From positions 1 to 15,013 of the forward strand of contig JAEOSK010000047.1 in assembly GCA_016840405.1 (NCBI GenBank): a stretch of 15,013 bases of DNA. The letters are read 5' to 3'. Every line of letters starts with the position of its first letter. Within the stretch, counting starts at the first letter, position 1. Made by a program: the position numbers and the translations under genes. Shown here one piece after another: positions 7,757-14,917 of the stretch. The notes beneath the pieces are model-generated. The model saw only the letters and a program-made list of their open reading frames with translations, had not been told where the DNA came from and made no database searches. The stretch is from Candidatus Hermodarchaeum yapensis (GTDB lineage Archaea > Asgardarchaeota > Hermodarchaeia > Hermodarchaeales > Hermodarchaeaceae).

Positions 7757-8533
7757 ATGACAGAACAAAAACCCGTGCAAACCACTGACCCATTAAAAGC
7801 ACTATATGACTATCAATCACACACTTCAGATTACATCATTGAAACAACCAACCTCTGCAAAACGTATGAAATGGGACCGGTACAGGTACACGCCGTACAG
7901 GGAGTAAACCTTCAAGTTCGCCGTGGAGAGTTCCTAGTAATTTTAGGTGTATCAGGGAGTGGTAAATCAACCCTGCTTCACCTTTTAGGAGCCTTAGATC
8001 AACCCACTCAAGGCAAAGTGTATGTCGAGGGGCTTGACTTGTCCACCCTCGACCATAACAAGCTGGCTGATGTCCGCTTACGACGAGTGGGCTTTGTATT
8101 TCAGTTCTTCAATTTAATGCCCCAACTAACAGCTCAAGGCAACGTAGAACTCCCCTTGAAATTTGCAGAAGTGCCAACAGCAAGTGCGAGGGGTCGTGCC
8201 CGAGAATTACTCACACGCGTTGGATTAGGGGAACGTCGAGAACACATTCCCTCTGAACTGAGTGGGGGAGAACAGCAACGTGTTGCCATTGCACGGTCCT
8301 TGGCAAATAATCCCCGGATTATTCTTGCAGATGAGCCCACCGGTAACTTGGACACCAAGACTGGGGCTGAAATTATTCACTTGCTCCGTGAGCTGAATCA
8401 AACACAAGGGCTTACCTTTGTCGTAGTTGGCCATGATCAACGATTAACCACGGTAGCAGATCGTGTCATAGAGATGCAAGACGGCGCATTTGTGAGCGAA
8501 CGCAAAGGCGGAGGCGAGGTGACCGTTCAATGA
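7757..8533 (+). CDS. ABC transporter ATP-binding protein (LolD/MacB/SalX type)
   Basis: Walker [10 protein letters not shown], 'GFVFQFFNL', signature [13 protein letters not shown], Walker [13 protein letters not shown]-loop GHD. GGTGA SD upstream. Confidence 0.96.
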   Translation: MTEQKPVQTTDPLKALYDYQSHTSDYIIETTNLCKTYEMGPVQVHAVQGVNLQVRRGEFLVILGVSGSGKSTLLHLLGALDQPTQGKVYVEGLDLSTLDHNKLADVRLRRVGFVFQFFNLMPQLTAQGNVELPLKFAEVPTASARGRARELLTRVGLGERREHIPSELSGGEQQRVAIARSLANNPRIILADEPTGNLDTKTGAEIIHLLRELNQTQGLTFVVVGHDQRLTTVADRVIEMQDGAFVSERKGGGEVTVQ

Positions 8534-9804
8534 AATTTAGAAACATCCTCGGATTATCCTGGGCCAACATGCGTCGCCGAAAAACCCGAACCGCCCTAAC
8601 AACCTTAGGCATCGTGGTTGGCATCATGGCGGTCGTATCCATTGCAGCACTGAGCGGCGGATTTGAAGCTCAGATTACTGATCAGCTCATGCAAGGTCTT
8701 GACATGGATATTCTAACTGTCATGCCTGGTGGCGGAATTCTTGGCGGAGGCGGATTGACATCTCTTAATTTGAATGATACTGCTCTTATTCAAAACGTCA
8801 CTGGCGTTGAAGCAACCCTACCCTATTCACAAACCGGAACCAGTGTTTACAACGAAACCGGAGGAACCCTTGATACTCGGCTCGTTGGACTCAACTTCAC
8901 AGATCTTGAAGCAGTCTATGGGCATAAACTCCAATTTGCAGAAGGCGAGTATCCCGGTATAGGAGTCAATGACTCTTGCATGATTGGTTATCTTGATGAT
9001 CCCATTGCTGACGTCGGTGACAATATCACCACTGAAATCCTTGTGCGAGTGGGGATGAGCTTCAGCTTTGTGAATGTCTCATTCATTGTTAGTGGCGTGC
9101 TAGATGAAGCTGGTCAATCGGGAATGTTGCCACTAGATCGGTCTGTCTTCGTTCCTCTCGATACTTATCAAGATCTCTTTAATTCTGAAAATATTGACAT
9201 GATTCTCGCGAAAATCGACGATCCTACTCAAGCGGATGCTATTGCTGATGAAATTAGAGATGCCTTTGAAGATCAAGTACTTGTCATTGTACCCAGTTCG
9301 ATTATAGACACTGTTATGTCTGTGTTCGATATTATGGAAATTTTCTTATTAGCCATCGCGTCCATCGCTTTGCTTGTAGCCGGAATTTCAATTCTCAACA
9401 TCATGTTAGTGTCCGTTATGGAACGCACTCGAGAAATCGGAATCATGAAGGCAGTCGGAGCAAAAGATCGTACAATCCTGAGCCAATTCCTTTCTGAAGC
9501 TGTCCTTCTTGGGGTCATTGGAGGAGCCATCGGCATCATAACTGGATGGGGACTTGCCTACGGCATGGGCTTGATGCTACCATTGCTATTCAGCGGAAAT
9601 TTCGCAAGTGGATTCACTGGCAGTGACGGAGGAGGATTTGGAGGTTTTAGTGGCAGTAGTTCTTTCACACTCACGCCCGTGCTTCCGATAGAAACCATCT
9701 TTATTGCGATCGGGTTTGCCATCCTCATTAGTGTCATCTTTGCTTTGTATCCAGCACGGAAAGCAGCTAAACTAGATCCTGTCAAAGCTTTGCGCTACGA
9801 GTAA
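8530..9804 (+). CDS. MacB/FtsX-like ABC transporter permease
   Basis: 'RRKTRTALTTLGIVVG', a large extracytoplasmic domain, 'NIMLVSVMERTREIGIMKAVGA' and 'YPARKAAKLDPVKALRYE'. ATGA overlap with the ATPase gene and a GAGGTGA SD. Confidence 0.96.
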   Translation: MKFRNILGLSWANMRRRKTRTALTTLGIVVGIMAVVSIAALSGGFEAQITDQLMQGLDMDILTVMPGGGILGGGGLTSLNLNDTALIQNVTGVEATLPYSQTGTSVYNETGGTLDTRLVGLNFTDLEAVYGHKLQFAEGEYPGIGVNDSCMIGYLDDPIADVGDNITTEILVRVGMSFSFVNVSFIVSGVLDEAGQSGMLPLDRSVFVPLDTYQDLFNSENIDMILAKIDDPTQADAIADEIRDAFEDQVLVIVPSSIIDTVMSVFDIMEIFLLAIASIALLVAGISILNIMLVSVMERTREIGIMKAVGAKDRTILSQFLSEAVLLGVIGGAIGIITGWGLAYGMGLMLPLLFSGNFASGFTGSDGGGFGGFSGSSSFTLTPVLPIETIFIAIGFAILISVIFALYPARKAAKLDPVKALRYE

Positions 9805-9813
9805 ACTAACTCT

Positions 9814-9943
9814 TTGAATATATCAATTCGCGCGGTGAAGTACTTCACTCATTATGAAATATTTCACGTATTTTGATTTAAAATCAGTTTTAACAATCAA
9901 TTATAGTCACTATATTTAGTATATAATGATTTAAATACATTAT
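9814..9943. promoter_or_regulatory. Array of palindromic candidate operators plus a TATA box (TTTAAATA, 9930-9937) upstream of the HTH regulator
   Basis: TTGAATATATCAA 9814-9826, GTGAAGTACTTCAC 9835-9848, TGAAATATTTCA 9855-9866, TGATTTAAAATCA 9874-9886, TATAGTCACTATA 9902-9914, and ATAATG-N9-CATTAT 9923-9943. Confidence 0.65.
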
Positions 9944-9972
9944 TCGAACCAGGAGCTGCAAGGTTCAGCGCT

Positions 9973-10635
9973 GTGACATCAGAGAGCAAACTCGCATCCA
10001 CTATCAGCGGAACCCGTAGGATAATCTTAGAAGTCCTACTGGTTACTGATGCCAATGCGGTAACGCTAGCAAAACAGCTTGGAATTCACATCAGCGCGAT
10101 ACGAAACCATCTTGATGTCTTAGAAGCCGCTGGACTGGTATCATCTCGCCACGAACATGCAAAACGTGGTCGCCCAAAACGCACCTACTTCCTTACCGAT
10201 TCTGCACACACTCTCTTTCCCAAACAATCAGCGCGTGCCTTTTCTCTTCTGTTGCAGGCAGTCGCCACATCTCTTGGTGTGAAAACATCGACCTCTCTGA
10301 TACGACAGCTAGTTACGAATTTATGGGAACAGATTCTTTCCGAGAAACCCAGTGGTACGCTCAAAGATCGGCTCAGTCGAGTAGTACACGCTCTGGACAC
10401 TTTTGGTTTCTATGCTTCATTAGAACAACTCGAAGACCAATTTGTGATTGTGCTTCGAAATGATGTGTTTGACGAAGCATTCAGCGAAGTCCCCAAGGAT
10501 TTAGCAGACCAATTTTACCAAGAATTTTGGAATTATCTTGCCCGAATTCTCGAGCGTGTGCAAATTCAGCGAAGGGAAGTATCTGAACCGGGTGAACACG
10601 GGTATCAGTTGTATGTTGTGGAGAGAAGGGAGTAG
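9973..10635 (+). CDS. ArsR-like wHTH transcriptional regulator (COG2345/SufR-like architecture)
   Basis: 'TRRIILE.L......LAKQLGI..SAIRNHL..LE.AGLV.......RGRPKR.Y.LT....LFP' and downstream 'L...GF' typical of the family. GTG start. Confidence 0.87.
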   Translation: MTSESKLASTISGTRRIILEVLLVTDANAVTLAKQLGIHISAIRNHLDVLEAAGLVSSRHEHAKRGRPKRTYFLTDSAHTLFPKQSARAFSLLLQAVATSLGVKTSTSLIRQLVTNLWEQILSEKPSGTLKDRLSRVVHALDTFGFYASLEQLEDQFVIVLRNDVFDEAFSEVPKDLADQFYQEFWNYLARILERVQIQRREVSEPGEHGYQLYVVERRE

Positions 10636-10641
10636 TGAACC

Positions 10642-11010
10642 ATGTCCGCAAGTAAAGTAAAGAAATCGCTAACGCCGAGTGAAAGAATCGGTGACCGCCT
10701 TCTCGAAATCGGGAAGGACTACATTGCAGGACACACACTGTTAGCGTTGACCGAATTATCACGGGTGGGACCCGTGGATTACACCGATGCCTTCTATGTC
10801 ATCGACAAGCTAGGCCCCTTTCTAACGCGCAGTGAGCAACGTGTCCTCTTGGACCTGTTGACCGAAATTGTTGTCCTCAGCAATTCGAAAGTTGGAATAG
10901 ACAAGAACTTGATGCAAGACTACCTCAAAAAACGAATTCGTAACAGTAGTAATTTCGGTGAATTTGTCTACCACATCATCGAACAAATCGATGGCATGTA
11001 TAACACATAG
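10642..11010 (+). CDS. Hypothetical protein, probably co-transcribed with the regulator
   Basis: 122 aa with an ATG 6 nt after the regulator stop and GGAG upstream. Protein-like composition, but no family recognised. Confidence 0.75.
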   Translation: MSASKVKKSLTPSERIGDRLLEIGKDYIAGHTLLALTELSRVGPVDYTDAFYVIDKLGPFLTRSEQRVLLDLLTEIVVLSNSKVGIDKNLMQDYLKKRIRNSSNFGEFVYHIIEQIDGMYNT

Positions 11011-11034
11011 AAAGACACACTCGTGAATTGACCA

Positions 11035-11053
11035 GAGGACTGATCAGTTCCTC
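11035..11053. terminator. Imperfect inverted repeat between convergent genes; possible terminator or 3'-end structure
   Basis: GAGGA-CTGATCAG-T-TCCTC lies between the stops at 11010 and 11052. A T-rich tract (GTTGTTTTT) follows on the plus strand. Confidence 0.3.
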
Positions 11054-11981
11054 AGAGTTGTTTTTCTATGTCTTTCAAAATCCATGCCATTTTATCCAGG
11101 GGATCATCCTTGAAGTGGTGTGTAGTCGGAGGGAGTTGCATTAGCTGTTCTAATTGAGGTTGGAGGGATTTGGGGTCACGGATTCTTTTCAGTGGATATT
11201 TCCGTTCGATGAGATACTCGAACTTAGGAAAATAGTTCGGATAAAAACTTACGGCTGGGATTTGGGTGAGAACGGCTTCGATAGCCATGGATGATCCACC
11301 GGTTACAACAAGAACAGCCTTTGAGAAGATTTCTTCGGGAGGAACGAATCGGTGAGACGTGTACCGGGCTAGCTCAAGGAGTTCAAAACCATAATCTTTG
11401 CAGAATCTTTTGATTTGCTTTCGGATGTCTATGGGAGTCACCCCTTCGGCGTATGAGGCATGGTGCTCAAATTCCCGGAGGACGACCAGGTTGGAATTTT
11501 TTCTTTTTACGGTCTTTGTGTAGAAATGTTCTTGGCAAGCATCCATATAGACTGGAATCTCGGGTTCATATTCCCAGATCCCTTTAGTGAGTTCTTCTCG
11601 AAGGTGGTAGGTGGCACTTGGGATAATCTGGCGGTTCAAGTATTTCCGTTTAGTTGCATCGGTGAGGACAACGACTGGTTTCCCTAATCCCACTCCCATA
11701 TGGACGGTTTCAATCGCGGCCTGAGTAATTATAGCATCAACGTCTGAAAAATTATCGACTAAGAAATGCAGTCGTTCAATCCGTGACACGAACTTCTTTT
11801 GTGTGTCACTGAAATATTCGCCAGAACTAGTGAAGGGCACCTGGTAATGGGTCAAAACATCGTTGGTCTCTGCGTATTCACGTGAGGCGATATGGATTTC
11901 ATGGTCTTTGGAAAATCGCTTCCATGTAGCTACTGCCATTCGCGCTTGCTTCGGTGTAATAACGTCGAAAAGGATTTTCAC
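11052..11981 (-). CDS. DUF354 family protein (COG1817, predicted GT-B-fold glycosyltransferase-like)
   Basis: Motifs 'KILFDVITPKQ', 'SREYAET..VL', 'LREFEHHASY' and 'TGGSSMAIEA....IPAVSFYP'. GTG 11981 is preferred because GGAGG precedes it. Confidence 0.8.
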   Translation of the reverse strand: MKILFDVITPKQARMAVATWKRFSKDHEIHIASREYAETNDVLTHYQVPFTSSGEYFSDTQKKFVSRIERLHFLVDNFSDVDAIITQAAIETVHMGVGLGKPVVVLTDATKRKYLNRQIIPSATYHLREELTKGIWEYEPEIPVYMDACQEHFYTKTVKRKNSNLVVLREFEHHASYAEGVTPIDIRKQIKRFCKDYGFELLELARYTSHRFVPPEEIFSKAVLVVTGGSSMAIEAVLTQIPAVSFYPNYFPKFEYLIERKYPLKRIRDPKSLQPQLEQLMQLPPTTHHFKDDPLDKMAWILKDIEKQL

Positions 11982-12134
11982 CGTGGTTCCTCCACAAGAG
12001 TACTCGTCATGGCTACACACGAATTAAGTCCTTATTAGATATTAGGTAGGCACTGAATTATGAAAGAGAAGTAAGAACGTAAGGTTAATGTTCCCTCACT
12101 AAAAGCAATACATGTTACTTGACGTGAGTTCGAG

Positions 12135-13388
12135 ATGCGATACGAGACCATTCAAGCGAAGACATTGTTATCCAAACCCATCTATGGTGACAGCTGGTTT
12201 CACAGCAATCGCTCCATGAACGCTTATCGAGGTTGTGAACATGGATGCGTCTACTGTGATGGTCATTGCCAATACTATCGCATTGACAACTTTTACACCC
12301 ATATCCGGGTCAAAGAAAATGCTCCAAAAATTCTGCGGCGAGAATTGGAACGCATGAAATACCGGTCACAGAGTAAGCTGCAAACGAGTTCATTGGTCCG
12401 ATTTTTAGACAAAGACGATGCGTCACGAGTGATTGATCAAAGCCCTAGGAAGATTATCATTGGGATATCTGGCGGGGTTTCTGATGCCTATCAACCTGCC
12501 GAGGGGCAATACGAGATTTCTCGACAAGTCCTTGAAACGGTTCTCGATTTTCGGATGCCTGTCTTTGTGTTGACAAAGTCAGATCTAGTTCTACGAGATT
12601 TGGACCTGCTAAAGGAAATTCATAAACATGCCTTTGCCAATGTCTGTTTCAGTATCACCTTACACGATGAGGAAACTAAAGCGATTTTTGAACCGAAATC
12701 CTCGACGACATGGGAACGTTTTGAAGCTCTGAAGCAGATTCGGAAAGCGGGACTCTTTGGTGGTATTCAGGCAGTTCCGATCATTCCAGGGATTGGTGAT
12801 TCTGTTGAGAACATGCAGGGGCTAGCCAAGGACGCTAAGAAAGCGCGTGCTGAGTATATTTTGTTCGCTGGGATGACACTGAAGCCAGGACGGCAGAAAG
12901 AATATTTCTTCAACGTCGTTCACCACCAGATGTCCGAAGCCTATGACCTCTTACAGGACATCTATGCCAACAATCACACCTATGGACATCCGATCTTTGA
13001 ACGGTTACCAGTGAACGTGATGGTTCAAGGCTACAAGATTTGCAAACAGGTGGGCATTTCAGATCGATCGATTCGCCACATGATGCCCACTGAACCCGAA
13101 GCAAATGTCCAAGTCCTCAACGCCCTTTTGGACCTAGTCTTTTATCGTTCCATGACCCTTGGCAAACCTCGTCAATCCTGGAAACCTTATCATGAATTAG
13201 CCATTCAAATTGAAAAAGGCGTACTAAATCTTGCTGAGTTATACAAACAAGGATTACTCGAAAAACAACTCGGCATGAGTCCCAAGATGACACACGTCAT
13301 CGAAGAGATACTTCAGACGGGAACCTGTCAAGCTTTAGCGAATGCCCAAAGGGAACTTGCTCAACGAGCCGAGAAAATCAATGTTTAA
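12135..13388 (+). CDS. Radical SAM protein, spore photoproduct lyase-like (COG1533), with a C-terminal helix-hairpin-helix domain
   Basis: 'MNAYRGCEHGCVYCD' (CxxxCxxC), 'VKENAP..LRREL', 'SDAYQPAE', 'LTKSDLVLRDLDLL', 'FEP...ERF', 'PIIPGIGDS'. The C-terminus resembles the PolX 8-kDa domain. Confidence 0.92.
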   Translation: MRYETIQAKTLLSKPIYGDSWFHSNRSMNAYRGCEHGCVYCDGHCQYYRIDNFYTHIRVKENAPKILRRELERMKYRSQSKLQTSSLVRFLDKDDASRVIDQSPRKIIIGISGGVSDAYQPAEGQYEISRQVLETVLDFRMPVFVLTKSDLVLRDLDLLKEIHKHAFANVCFSITLHDEETKAIFEPKSSTTWERFEALKQIRKAGLFGGIQAVPIIPGIGDSVENMQGLAKDAKKARAEYILFAGMTLKPGRQKEYFFNVVHHQMSEAYDLLQDIYANNHTYGHPIFERLPVNVMVQGYKICKQVGISDRSIRHMMPTEPEANVQVLNALLDLVFYRSMTLGKPRQSWKPYHELAIQIEKGVLNLAELYKQGLLEKQLGMSPKMTHVIEEILQTGTCQALANAQRELAQRAEKINV

Positions 13389-13849
13389 TCGAGCCCAAGT
13401 CCCTCGTCCGGCATCCATTCAGGCCAACCATCATACCAATTTGGCACCCGAACGTTTTGAACGCGATCACAGACCGGAATATAGCCTTTCAAGTCAAGCA
13501 CAGGTGACCCATCAAAGGCGTCAATTTTTGCCAGCCCTACCGTCCCTTGCTCTTCATCTACTGCTAGCACTTTGCACACTGTCAAGGCAATCGGATTGGG
13601 GCGATACTCTGCACGACATGCAAACACACCTGCTGTGGTGCCGGGAGCATAGGGAAGTTCGGTTTGCATAATCGTTCGCGATTTCTGGTTATCATGTTTA
13701 TCTGCCCACCAGATTACCATCACATGGCTATACAAATCCAGATGCTTCAAACCGGGTGCAAAGGATTTCATCAGCTTAATAGTGACCTCACCATTACCTT
13801 GACGAACGTACCCAATCGGGTGGATTTTGTAAACTTCTTCGTTCGACAT
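13385..13849 (-). CDS. tsaA: TsaA/TrmO-like SAM-binding protein (tRNA m6t6A37 methyltransferase family, short form)
   Basis: Motifs 'PIGYV', 'GL..L..YSH..VIWW', 'GVFACRAEYRPNPIALT' and 'IDAFDGSPVLDLKGY'. AGGTG SD upstream. Confidence 0.88.
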   Translation of the reverse strand: MSNEEVYKIHPIGYVRQGNGEVTIKLMKSFAPGLKHLDLYSHVMVIWWADKHDNQKSRTIMQTELPYAPGTTAGVFACRAEYRPNPIALTVCKVLAVDEEQGTVGLAKIDAFDGSPVLDLKGYIPVCDRVQNVRVPNWYDGWPEWMPDEGLGLD

Positions 13850-13878
13850 AATTCATACACCTAAGGCGAAAACCTGGA

Positions 13879-13910
13879 TGACAAAATGGAGAATCATCTC
13901 ACATTTGTCA
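13879..13910. repeat. Long imperfect inverted repeat upstream of tsaA
   Basis: TGACAAAATG-GAGA-atca-TCTC-a-CATTTGTCA. Confidence 0.6.
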
Positions 13911-13986
13911 GCTAGATAAGGTTCTATTACAATGACGTTTTTAGGTCAGTGTATAATAGATTTTCCGCCCACAAAAACTACCGAGT

Positions 13987-14000
13987 AATCATCGATGATT
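13987..14000. promoter_or_regulatory. Perfect 14-bp palindrome (candidate operator) upstream of the methyltransferase
   Basis: AATCATCGATGATT, ending 26 nt before ATG 14027. Confidence 0.4.
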
Positions 14001-14026
14001 GAATCGAACGTGGAAAGGTGAAATTT

Positions 14027-14815
14027 ATGACCAAACAAGAGGAACCCCAGTACGAGCATGGAGCGATTCGACCCCTTGCGATAATGGGTATGCTGGGGAT
14101 TCTTGGTCTCACTGTAATAGTGCTCGCTTTTTGGTTTTCACCACCGATGAATTGGATTCTCTGGATGATTGGCATCCCACTAGCCCTCATCGGCATCTGG
14201 CTAGGCATCACCTATGTAGCCGTATATCACAAAGTAATCAGACCTGACTATATCGGTCTCCTGGGAAGTACGGTTACAGGTTTCTGTGATTCACTTCATG
14301 GCGATGAACACATTCTTGTTGTTGGCTGTGGATCAGGACATGTCGCTATCGGGCTAGCCAAACTCCTCACTACAGGACATGTCACTGGCATCGATATTTC
14401 CGAAAAAGTAAGCCAAGACACCCCCACCAGCCCCTTTGAGAATGCTCGCATTGAAGGCGTTAAGGACCAGGTCAAATTTCAATACGGTGATCCTACGGAG
14501 ATTCCCTTTGAGGATGCCACCTTCGATATACTCACCATGGATAACGTGCTCCATGAAATTGAAGAGCAAGACCTGAAAATCCAAACATTGAATGAAGCGT
14601 ACCGCGTGTTAAAACCCGGTGGCAGGTTAGTCATGCTCGAATGGATTCGCAATCGGAAGATGAGCACAAGGTTACTCTTCTTTGCATTCGTGTTCAAATC
14701 CCTCGATTATTGGAACACACTGTTAGCCGCATTTACAGACTTTCAAGTCGATCACCCTCATCTCATCAAAGGGCCCATCGACATCGTTGTATACACCATG
14801 AAAAAGCCAGACTAA
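14027..14815 (+). CDS. Membrane-anchored class I SAM-dependent methyltransferase (UbiE/Methyltransf_11-like)
   Basis: Two N-terminal TM segments, then 'ILVVGCGSG', 'VTGIDI', 'ENARIEGV', 'GD...IPFEDATFD', 'VLHE' and 'E..RVLKPGG'. An AGGTGA SD supports ATG 14027. Confidence 0.9.
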   Translation: MTKQEEPQYEHGAIRPLAIMGMLGILGLTVIVLAFWFSPPMNWILWMIGIPLALIGIWLGITYVAVYHKVIRPDYIGLLGSTVTGFCDSLHGDEHILVVGCGSGHVAIGLAKLLTTGHVTGIDISEKVSQDTPTSPFENARIEGVKDQVKFQYGDPTEIPFEDATFDILTMDNVLHEIEEQDLKIQTLNEAYRVLKPGGRLVMLEWIRNRKMSTRLLFFAFVFKSLDYWNTLLAAFTDFQVDHPHLIKGPIDIVVYTMKKPD

Positions 14816-14917
14816 ATCACATTCGCGAAACCTAGCACTCGAGGTTCTCCCAAAGAGGTCAATTTTTAACACGCTAGCAATTATACTCGCTTCACTAGGA
14901 ATCGTAGATGTGGTGTC

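Noticed and set aside
9814-9886. CRP-like (GTGA-N6-TCAC) and FNR-like (TTGAT...ATCAA) boxes
   Set aside because: The similarity is partial and spacings differ from consensus. No Crp/Fnr gene is present and the promoter context is archaeal, so no regulator is assigned.
9814-9943. Palindrome array read as a CRISPR array or MITE
   Set aside because: The units are only 12-21 bp and not identical. There are no 30-40-bp spacers, cas genes, terminal inverted repeats or target-site duplication.
12135-13849. Radical SAM plus methyltransferases read as a RiPP biosynthetic cluster
   Set aside because: There is no SPASM/RRE domain or adjacent precursor peptide. The radical SAM is COG1533-type and the genes are not co-oriented.
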